Positions 9,467 to 15,946 of a stretch of DNA of 15,946 nt are shown in pieces. The notes below the pieces were generated by a model. That model saw only the letters and a program-made list of their open reading frames with translations, was not told the DNA's origin and did no database searches. The stretch is from contig JBKPAK010000092.1 of the NCBI GenBank assembly GCA_046726415.1, forward strand, positions 1 to 15,946, written 5' to 3'. The translations under genes were made by a program, and so were the position numbers. Position 1 is the first letter of the stretch. Each line of letters starts with the position of its first letter. This DNA comes from Candidatus Methylomirabilota bacterium. GTDB taxonomy: Bacteria > Methylomirabilota > Methylomirabilia > Rokubacteriales > CSP1-6.

Positions 9467-9525
9467 CCTGATCGCATGCGATTCTTCCCGCGCTGGTAGC
9501 CTGATCGCATGCGATTCTTGCCGCG
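9461..9525 (+). repeat. 33-bp tandem duplication containing an extended -10 box and ATG
   Basis: TGGTAGCCTGATCGCATGCGATTCTT is identical at 9461-9486 and 9494-9519; each copy is followed by one variable base and CCGCG. Confidence 0.9.
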
Positions 9526-10636
9526 ACGCCGTCCGACGCTGATCCCGCCGGCGTCCGACGATCTGCTCGTCATCGAAGAGATTCTCCGCCGCCGCGTGGA
9601 AGAGGTCTTCGAGGTGCACCAGCGGTACTTCCAGGGGAGAGCCTTCGTCTTCACCGGCGAGCTCAAGGCTCGCCCCGGCCACGCCCTCGACGTCCTGCTC
9701 GATCGCTTTCGCCCGCTCGGCTACACACCCGTGCTCCGTCACCAGGGAGCGGGCGCTGTGCTGGAGGCGTGGCCGCTGCGCGAGTCGGTTCCGCGCAGGC
9801 GGGTGGGTGTGAACGTGCTGCTCTTCGCCCTCACGTGTCTCACCACGCTCATGGCGGGCTCGGGCGCGTTCCTGAGCTTCGATCCGCTCGCGCATCCGTG
9901 GCGGATCCTGACCGGGGTGCCCTTTGCCTTCACCCTGCTGGCCATCCTCGGCACTCACGAGTTTGGCCACTACTTCACCGCGCGTTACCACGGCGCCGCC
10001 GTGTCCCTGCCGTACTTCATCCCTGCGCCTCCACCCTTTCTCTTCGGCACACTGGGCGCCATCATCCGAATGGGTTCCGCCGTGCGCGATCGCAACGCCC
10101 TCTTCGACATCGCCGTGGCTGGACCCTTGGCGGGGTTGGCGGTGGCCATCCCGGCTCTGCTGCTCGGTCTGGCATGGTCAGTCGTGGCGGTGGTTCCCGC
10201 GGGCGGCCACATCGTCTTCGGTGATTCGATGCTGATGCGCTTTCTCGTCTACCTCACCTTCGGCCGGATCCCGGGAGGGATGGACGTCTTCGTCCATCCC
10301 GTCGCGCTGGCCGGGTGGGTCGGCCTGTTCGTGACCGCACTGAATCTCTTTCCGGTGGGGCAGCTCGACGGTGGACGTATTGCGTACGCGCTCTTCGGCC
10401 GCTACCACCGCATGGTCGGTTATCTCACCGTCGCCGGGCTGGTGGCGCTGGGAGCAGTCACGTCGTCGCCGAACTGGCTCGTGTGGGCGGCCCTCGTGTT
10501 CTTCTTCGTCGGCGTCCGCCACAGCCCCCCGCTCGACGACGTCACTCCGCTAACACGAGGCCGACGCCTCCTCGGCTACCTCTGCCTGATACTCCTGGTT
10601 CTCCTCATCCCCCCGGTCCCCATCGAACTCAGCTGA
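9509..10636 (+). CDS. Site-2 protease family (M50) intramembrane zinc metalloprotease
   Basis: HEFGH within a TM segment, IAVAGPLAG, NLFPVGQLDGG; multiple TM helices and a soluble N-terminal extension. Confidence 0.93.
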   Translation: MRFLPRRRPTLIPPASDDLLVIEEILRRRVEEVFEVHQRYFQGRAFVFTGELKARPGHALDVLLDRFRPLGYTPVLRHQGAGAVLEAWPLRESVPRRRVGVNVLLFALTCLTTLMAGSGAFLSFDPLAHPWRILTGVPFAFTLLAILGTHEFGHYFTARYHGAAVSLPYFIPAPPPFLFGTLGAIIRMGSAVRDRNALFDIAVAGPLAGLAVAIPALLLGLAWSVVAVVPAGGHIVFGDSMLMRFLVYLTFGRIPGGMDVFVHPVALAGWVGLFVTALNLFPVGQLDGGRIAYALFGRYHRMVGYLTVAGLVALGAVTSSPNWLVWAALVFFFVGVRHSPPLDDVTPLTRGRRLLGYLCLILLVLLIPPVPIELS

Positions 10637-10676
10637 CCGCCGTCTTCCTCAAGTCGACGACCTCCGCGGTCGGCTT

Positions 10677-10703
10677 CTCGATCACTGCAAACGAGTGATC
10701 GGG
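10677..10703. terminator. Possible hairpin terminator between convergent genes
   Basis: CTCGATCACT-gcaaacg-AGTGATCGGG stem-loop; no clear U-tract. Confidence 0.35.
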
Positions 10704-10708
10704 ACGGA

Positions 10709-12556
10709 TCAGCCGAGCGCGTCGAGAACTTCAGCGATCACTTCGAACCGCCCAAACGACGGCATCAGATATACCCCCGGAAAGCGAGTGCGAATCGCGT
10801 GGACGAGTTGCTGCCCCATCTCGATTCCCACGCGGAGCGCGTGATCCCCGGCTTCGCGCAAGCGCGCGCGTACCGCATCCGGGATGGTAATACCAGGAAC
10901 CTCGTTGTGCAGGAACTCGGCGTGGCGCGAGCTGTGCAGGGGGAGCACGCCTACCACGAGCGGGACGGGCAGGTCCCCGCAGCGCTGGAGGAAGCGATCG
11001 AACTGCTCGAGATCGTAGACCGGCTGGGTCTGAAGCCAGCGAGCGCCCGCTTCGATCTTTCGGTGGGTTCGCTCGATCTCGCGCTCGATATCCGCGGCCG
11101 AGGGATTCAGGGTCGCGCCCACGCAGAAGGACGTCGAGGTGCCGATGCTGTTGCCGGTGGCGTCGAGGCCTTCGTTGAGACGCCGGATGATCTCCAGCAG
11201 ACCGATCGCATCGACGTCGAACACGGCGGTGGCGTTCGCGTAGTCACCGGGTCGGGGCGGATCTCCAGTCATGGCCAGGATGTTGCGGATGTCGAGGGCC
11301 TGGGCCGCGAGCAATTCGCCCTGGATGCTCATGAGGTTGCGGTCGCGGCAGGTGAAGTGCATCGAGACATCGAGCCCGGTGGCCTCTCGAATGAGGAGAG
11401 CCGTTGGCAGCACCGCCATGCGGACGCGACCGAGCGAGCCGTCGTTGATGTCGACGATCTCCACGCCCCGCTCCTTGAGGAGCTTGGCGCCCTGTACGAG
11501 CTTCTCTACCGTATGGCCACGCGGCGGGTCCAGCTCCACGGTCACCACGAAGTCTCCCGCCTCCAGCTTGCGCTGGAGCGCCGTGGGCTCCTCCGCTACG
11601 AGCCCCGTGTCTGAGGCGAATCCGGGCTCGCGGGTCACCGCGCGGCGCGGGCGCGGTGGGCGGCGCGGCGTGGCCAACCGGCGATCCACGACCTGTCGCA
11701 TGGCCGCGATGTGCGCCGGCGTTGTGCCACAGCAGCCGCCCACGAGGGTGGCGCCGGCGTCGAGCATGCGGCCCGCGTAGTCGGCCATGTAGGTCGGGGA
11801 TGAGATGTAAATCAGGCGCTGGCCGACCTGGGAGGGAAGGCCGGCATTGGGCTGGATGGTCAGGGGGATGCCCCCGGCCTCGGGCAGCATTCCCTCGAGA
11901 ACTTCGTGGAGGATGCTTGAACCGACCGAACAGTTTGCCCCCATGGCCTGGACGCCGAGATCGCGCAGCGCGTGCGCGACTTCGGCCGGGGTCCGGCCCA
12001 TGAAGGTCAGACACTCCTCGGTGAAGGTCATCTGGGCCACGACGGGCAGGTCAGTCACCGCGCGGACCGCCTCCACGGAGAGGGCGATCTCGGCGAGATC
12101 CGAAAATGTCTCGACGATGAGGGCATCGACCCCGCCCTCGACGAGGGCCTCGGCCTGCTCCCGGAATGCGGCCCGGGCTTCATCGGACGTCACCGCGCCC
12201 AGGGGCGCCAGATACCGTCCCAGGGGGCCGATCGAGCCGAGGACGAACACGTCGCGCCCGCTGCTCTCGCGGGCATCGCGGGCAAGCCGGGCCCCCTGGA
12301 TGTTGATGCGTCGGACGTCATCGTCGAAGCCGAACGCGGCCAGCTTGAAGCGATTGGCGCCGAAGGTATTTGTTTCGATGGCGTCGGCCCCGACGGCGAT
12401 GTACTCCGTGTGGACGGACTGCACCAGGCGGGGCTGGTTGATGTTGAGGGCATCGAAGCAGGGATCGAGCTCGACGCCGCGGGCATAGAGGAACGATCCC
12501 ATTCCACCATCGCAGAGCAGAGGTCCCTCGCTCAGGCGCCGGGTCAATGCGTGCAT
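10709..12556 (-). CDS. yitJ: Bifunctional homocysteine S-methyltransferase / 5,10-methylenetetrahydrofolate reductase (YitJ-like)
   Basis: HMT domain: DGGMGS, ETNTFGAN, GSIGP, GANCS, PNAGLP, GGCCGT. MTHFR domain: VELDPP, HFTCRDRN, TGDPP, TQPVYD, HNEVPGI. Confidence 0.93.
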   Translation of the reverse strand: MHALTRRLSEGPLLCDGGMGSFLYARGVELDPCFDALNINQPRLVQSVHTEYIAVGADAIETNTFGANRFKLAAFGFDDDVRRINIQGARLARDARESSGRDVFVLGSIGPLGRYLAPLGAVTSDEARAAFREQAEALVEGGVDALIVETFSDLAEIALSVEAVRAVTDLPVVAQMTFTEECLTFMGRTPAEVAHALRDLGVQAMGANCSVGSSILHEVLEGMLPEAGGIPLTIQPNAGLPSQVGQRLIYISSPTYMADYAGRMLDAGATLVGGCCGTTPAHIAAMRQVVDRRLATPRRPPRPRRAVTREPGFASDTGLVAEEPTALQRKLEAGDFVVTVELDPPRGHTVEKLVQGAKLLKERGVEIVDINDGSLGRVRMAVLPTALLIREATGLDVSMHFTCRDRNLMSIQGELLAAQALDIRNILAMTGDPPRPGDYANATAVFDVDAIGLLEIIRRLNEGLDATGNSIGTSTSFCVGATLNPSAADIEREIERTHRKIEAGARWLQTQPVYDLEQFDRFLQRCGDLPVPLVVGVLPLHSSRHAEFLHNEVPGITIPDAVRARLREAGDHALRVGIEMGQQLVHAIRTRFPGVYLMPSFGRFEVIAEVLDALG

Positions 12557-12563
12557 CGCGTTC

Positions 12564-12572
12564 AGCCTAGCA
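12564..12572 (-). promoter_or_regulatory. Extended -10 box for a probably leaderless yitJ transcript
   Basis: Minus strand TGcTAGGCT, then 7 nt to the ATG at 12556; no RBS. Confidence 0.55.
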
Positions 12573-12591
12573 TGGGCCTCGCCGTGAGGAG

Positions 12592-12680
12592 GCGAGGAAG
12601 CGATGACACGGGTGAGCGCCCCGCGAGGACGCGCTTGACACGGGAGGGCTGGCGCCGCGAGGAAGCGCTTGACATGGGTG
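12592..12680 (+). repeat. Three imperfect ~24-nt direct repeats (consensus GCGAGGAAGCGCTTGACACGGGTG)
   Basis: Copies at 12592-12614, 12623-12646 and 12657-12680 (periods 31 and 34); copies 2 and 3 contain TTGACA. Confidence 0.8.
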
Positions 12681-12698
12681 GCCAGCCCCGCCTAGGTT
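12669..12698 (+). promoter_or_regulatory. Putative sigma70 promoter for the peptidase/ATP-grasp operon
   Basis: TTGACA (12669-12674), 18 nt, TAGGTT (12693-12698), 10 nt before ATG 12709. Confidence 0.5.
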
Positions 12699-12708
12699 CG
12701 GCCGAGCT

Positions 12709-13950
12709 ATGCCGCGCACGGCCCAGCTATACCCGCAGGGAGCGGGCATCCGGTTCCTCGTCTTTCCTCAAGCGCGAACCGTCCGCGGGTTCCGGGCTCC
12801 CGAGGTGCTCACCATCGATCAGTCGCACGGCGTGATCCGGCCGGGCCCGCAGGACGACAGCATCTACGTGGTCGACGCCGAGGACAAAGTGCCATACCGC
12901 GATGACTCCTCAGGGGAGTACCGCGCCTATCCCCCGTACCGCGGGATCGTCCGCGCGCCCGTGCGGCCAGGGCCGGACGGACACTTCGATCATCTTCGCC
13001 CCGGCACTCGGGAGTTTTCCGCGGCCGCCCTGTTTGCCACGGTTCGCTACGTCCGCGCGGTGTGGGAGCATCACCTCGGGGGGCAGCTCCCCTGGTGGTT
13101 TCGCTACACCTACCCGCGGCTGGAACTGATTCCCCGCGTCGCTTCGCAGGTCGGCTGGTCTGGCCTTGGCTTCATCGAGTGCGGCTTTCCCCTGGTTCGG
13201 GGCCGCCCGGATCGGCGCGATCCGTACGCCGATAACTTCGACATCGTGGCCCACGAGACCGGGCACATCATTCTCAAAACGCTCATCGGAGATCCGTTCT
13301 CTCGTCGCCGGCCCTTCGAGTACCGCGCGCACGAGGAGGCGGGCGCCGACCTCACGGCCATGCTGACCTCGCTCTACTTCGACTCCGTGGTCGACCAGCT
13401 GCTCGCCCGCACGCGGGGCAATCTCTTCGCCCCGAGCACGCTCTCCCGAATGGGCGAGCTGCGCATTCCGCGGTCACCGACCGAACCGGCCGTGCGCTCG
13501 CTCCGCAACCGGGAGACGCTCACCAGCGCCCGGCGCACCATGGAGCGCGAAGGCCGTGCGCCGCATCACTACGCGGTGCCATTTGCCGGGGCGGTCTTCG
13601 ATCTGCTGGTGGAGCTCTACGAGCGGAATCTGACGCGCCGATCGCTCATCCCTTCGGCGCTCGGCCGGCGCTCCCGCAACGCGCGCGGAATCGAGCCCCA
13701 TTCCATTACCCGAGAATTCGCCCGGCACTACCAGCGCGCAGAGGCGGGCTTTAAGGACGCGCTGCTCGACGCCCGAGACACGCTGGGCCGGCTGCTCGCT
13801 CGCGCCTGGGACGCCACGTCGCCGCGCGGCTTGACGTTCGGTCGGGTCGTGGCCAACCTCATCGCCGTCGATCGCCAGCTCTACGGCGGCGCCCACACGG
13901 CGCTCATCCGCCGCCTATTCCGCGCCCGAGAGATCGTTCCGCCGCGATGA
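12709..13950 (+). CDS. Uncharacterised gluzincin-type zinc metallopeptidase (M4/M36-like), no signal peptide
   Basis: DIVAHETGH (HExxH, compare thermolysin DVVAHELTH) with downstream HEEAGAD (ExxxD third ligand); high-GC3 codon usage. Confidence 0.75.
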   Translation: MPRTAQLYPQGAGIRFLVFPQARTVRGFRAPEVLTIDQSHGVIRPGPQDDSIYVVDAEDKVPYRDDSSGEYRAYPPYRGIVRAPVRPGPDGHFDHLRPGTREFSAAALFATVRYVRAVWEHHLGGQLPWWFRYTYPRLELIPRVASQVGWSGLGFIECGFPLVRGRPDRRDPYADNFDIVAHETGHIILKTLIGDPFSRRRPFEYRAHEEAGADLTAMLTSLYFDSVVDQLLARTRGNLFAPSTLSRMGELRIPRSPTEPAVRSLRNRETLTSARRTMEREGRAPHHYAVPFAGAVFDLLVELYERNLTRRSLIPSALGRRSRNARGIEPHSITREFARHYQRAEAGFKDALLDARDTLGRLLARAWDATSPRGLTFGRVVANLIAVDRQLYGGAHTALIRRLFRAREIVPPR

Positions 13951-14012
13951 GGACCTCGCGAGCCGCAACACGGAGGGGGACTGGCGTGTCGGCGGGCGAG
14001 GCGAGGCCATGA
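13947..14012 (+). CDS. Possible 21-aa bridging small ORF (MRTSRAATRRGTGVSAGEARP)
   Basis: ATGA overlap with the peptidase stop and a second ATGA overlap with the ATP-grasp start. Confidence 0.3.
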   Translation: MRTSRAATRRGTGVSAGEARP

Positions 14013-15097
14013 CCATCGCGAAGCCCGTGTGCCTCCTCGTGCTGGGAGCGGGCACTGGCCCGGCCAACAACCTCGTGCGCAGCCTGCGCGCCAGGGAGCA
14101 CGGCTGGACGATCCTCGGCGCCCACTGCGATCGCTTCACCCTTACGCGCTCGGCGGCCGAAGACCAAAGCTTCTTGATCCCGTCTGTCGATCACCCCGCC
14201 TTCGTCAGGGTCCTTCGTCGTCTCGTGGCTCGCGAAGGCGTGGATCTCCTCGTCCCGACCTCGGATGCCGAGGTCGCCCGGCTGGTGTCGTCTCGGCGTG
14301 GCTGGCGGTGCCGGCTCTTCCTGCCCAGCGCCAATGCGGTCGCCCTGTGCCAGGACAAGTACGCGCTGGCCCGCCATCTCGAGGCGCACGGGGTGCCGGT
14401 GCCGCGCACGCTCGCGCTGCCCGAAATCCATGCGGTGAAGAGTGCCTTTCGCGAGCTCGGTCGGCCCGCCCGGGCATGGTGCCGTATCAGACAGGGGACC
14501 AATGCGTCCGGCGCCGCCCCGGTGGCGACGGCGGAGCAGGCGCAGAGCTGGATCGGGTACTGGGCAACCATGCGCGGAGTTCCGGCGTCGGCGTTCACGC
14601 TCTCGGAGTATCTGCCCGGCCGTGACTTTGCCTGTCAGAGCCTCTGGTGCCGGGGAGCGCTCGTGCTCGTGAAGGCCTTCGAGCGCCTGGCCTACGTCAC
14701 CGTGGGCAGCAATCCGAGCGGGATGTCCTCCGCCGCGGCCCTCGCCAGAACGGTGGCCGAGCCTCGAGTGGTGGAGGTGGCCGCCGCCGCTATCCGCGCC
14801 GTCGATGCCCGCGCCTCGGGGGTCTTCGGCGTGGACCTCAAGGAGAACGTCCGCGGTGAGCCCTGTGTCACCGAGATCAATGCCGGCAGGTTCCTGGCCG
14901 GCACGAACCTCCTCGATCTCACGGGAGAACACAACATGGCGGCAATGTATGTGAGGCTCGGGCTGGGGGAGCCAATCGCCCTGCGCGGGGTGTACGAGGC
15001 CGCCGAAGACTACTACATGGTGAGAAGCGTGGACGAGCTGCCACGCGTTGTCCACGCCGAGGGGCTGTTCCGGGGCATTCAGGATGCGCGGACGTAA
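14009..15097 (+). CDS. ATP-grasp domain ligase (carbamoyl-phosphate-synthase-like pre-ATP-grasp N-domain)
   Basis: N-terminal LVLGAG strand, VDLLVPTSD.E, CQDKY, GVPVPRT, SEYLPG and GVFGVDLKE...VTEINAGRF motifs. Confidence 0.85.
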   Translation: MTIAKPVCLLVLGAGTGPANNLVRSLRAREHGWTILGAHCDRFTLTRSAAEDQSFLIPSVDHPAFVRVLRRLVAREGVDLLVPTSDAEVARLVSSRRGWRCRLFLPSANAVALCQDKYALARHLEAHGVPVPRTLALPEIHAVKSAFRELGRPARAWCRIRQGTNASGAAPVATAEQAQSWIGYWATMRGVPASAFTLSEYLPGRDFACQSLWCRGALVLVKAFERLAYVTVGSNPSGMSSAAALARTVAEPRVVEVAAAAIRAVDARASGVFGVDLKENVRGEPCVTEINAGRFLAGTNLLDLTGEHNMAAMYVRLGLGEPIALRGVYEAAEDYYMVRSVDELPRVVHAEGLFRGIQDART

Positions 15098-15141
15098 ACG
15101 GAGATCCTTCGTGAAGCCGAAGACGAGAGGGAGGAAGAGTC

Positions 15142-15309
15142 ATGCCAAGCGAGCCCGTCCAGAAGGGAAAGACGCGCAAGGTCATCATCGAGATCAAGGG
15201 GCCGGTGTCGAAGGAGCAGCTGGTCGAGTTCCACAAGGAGCTCAGGGCGCTGGCGCGGACGGTCCGGGGAACGGTGGTCGCGAAGCGTCGGCCCAAGAAG
15301 AGCTCCTAG
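15142..15309 (+). CDS. Small basic hypothetical protein, 55 aa (MPSEPVQKGKTRKVIIEIKGPVSKEQLVEFHKELRALARTVRGTVVAKRRPKKSS)
   Basis: Strong RBS GAGGGAGGA at about 15127-15135 and nearly all codons end in G/C. Below the ORF-track length cutoff. Confidence 0.75.
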   Translation: MPSEPVQKGKTRKVIIEIKGPVSKEQLVEFHKELRALARTVRGTVVAKRRPKKSS

Positions 15310-15542
15310 CGCGGAGGGGCGGGAGCCACGAGGACCTCTCGATCATCGAGATCACTGCGGATCTCGACGCCTACGCCCTGGAAACGCTGCGACTGGACAT
15401 CCGGCGCTTGGCCGCGCGGCATGGCATCGGGCTCGAACGCGTGGCGGATATCGAAGGTGGCGGCGGATCCAGCCCCCCGGGAAACCCAGCGCGCGACGCC
15501 CGCGGCGCGGCCCAGGCCTTGATCTTGTTGAGGACGCCCTGA
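15309..15542 (+). CDS. Small hypothetical protein similar to the upstream 55-aa ORF; start unresolved (possible remnant)
   Basis: Segment IIEITADLDAYALETLRLDIRRLAARHG aligns ungapped with IIEIKGPVSKEQLVEFHKELRALARTVR; no ATG/GTG/TTG nearby in frame. Confidence 0.45.
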   Translation, partial: ARRGGSHEDLSIIEITADLDAYALETLRLDIRRLAARHGIGLERVADIEGGGGSSPPGNPARDARGAAQALILLRTP

Positions 15543-15552
15543 GCCGGGTTCC

Positions 15553-15946
15553 TCAATCTGACGTCGGCTGATCCGACTGGCACTGCGCGAGCCAGAAGCC
15601 CATCCCCATGGCGGCATAGAGTCTTGTCGCTTCCGCCCGGTGATGCGCGGCGTCCCCGGCGCGACCCCAGCGACGGTAGAGGCGGGCGAGACCGAGGTGA
15701 CAGTGGGCGACGAGCGGCCGCATGCCGAGCCTGTGCGCATGGGCCCGAGCGTCGTGAAAGCGGGCCTCGGCGTCAGCCACGGACACCGGTCGGGCCCGGG
15801 CCGCTACCTCGGCCAGTAGGCGCAGCACCCAGGCCTCGTGACCGCGCTCCCGGTGCTCGCGGGCGAGCTCGAGCGCGCGCTGAGCCCGCTCGTGGGCCGC
15901 CGCCCGGTCCCCGGCCATCAAGCTCGCGTAGCCCCACGACGCCACG
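15553..15946 (-). CDS. C-terminal TPR region of a large gene, likely a STAND/AAA ATPase-adenylate cyclase-type regulator; partial
   Basis: ERAQRALELARE..ERGHEAWVLRLLAE...LGMRPLVAHCHLGLARLYRR...AMGMGFWL resembles the TPR tails of such proteins; the gene start lies beyond the window. Confidence 0.7.
   Translation of the reverse strand, partial: VASWGYASLMAGDRAAAHERAQRALELAREHRERGHEAWVLRLLAEVAARARPVSVADAEARFHDARAHAHRLGMRPLVAHCHLGLARLYRRWGRAGDAAHHRAEATRLYAAMGMGFWLAQCQSDQPTSD

Noticed and set aside
9466-9700. Frameshifted dsRBD continuation of rnc
   Set aside because: The downstream frames show no dsRBD-like sequence; the region is the S2P N-terminus.
12592-12680. CRISPR mini-array
   Set aside because: Spacers are only about 8-10 nt, the repeats are degenerate, and no cas genes are present in the window.
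12655-12705. SAH-riboswitch-like look (GAGGAAGCGCTTGAC...TAGGTTCGG) next to a methionine-cycle gene
   Set aside because: It is on the wrong strand for yitJ, deviates from the core motif as recalled, and overlaps a predicted promoter. An Rfam scan would settle it.
15048-15308. N-terminal half of the 164-aa ORF 15048-15542 as real protein
   Set aside because: Its G/A/R-rich composition is what the -1 frame of the RBS-supported 55-aa ORF produces; only the 3' part looks coding.

Overview
GC-rich bacterial chromosomal window. The lineage is uncertain; the gene complement and repeat style recall Ca. Rokubacteria/Methylomirabilota, which is inference only. On the left is a minus-strand htpX-ccmA-ccmB-ccmC(partial) cluster. 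It is divergent, through back-to-back sigma70-type promoters, from the conserved yceD-rpmF-plsX-fabH-fabD-fabG-acpP-fabF operon. Next come a GC-rich palindromic repeat block, a truncated RNase III-domain gene lacking the dsRBD and two of four catalytic carboxylates, a site-2 (M50) protease preceded by a 33-bp duplicated promoter/start unit, and a minus-strand YitJ-like homocysteine methyltransferase/MTHFR fusion. The right end holds the most interesting accessory cluster: a cytoplasmic HExxH zinc metallopeptidase, a doubly coupled 21-codon ORF, an ATP-grasp ligase, and two small mutually similar beta-alpha mini-ORFs. This is a candidate peptide-ligation/removal or RiPP-like system. The cluster converges on the 3' end of a TPR-type gene, probably a STAND/adenylate cyclase.
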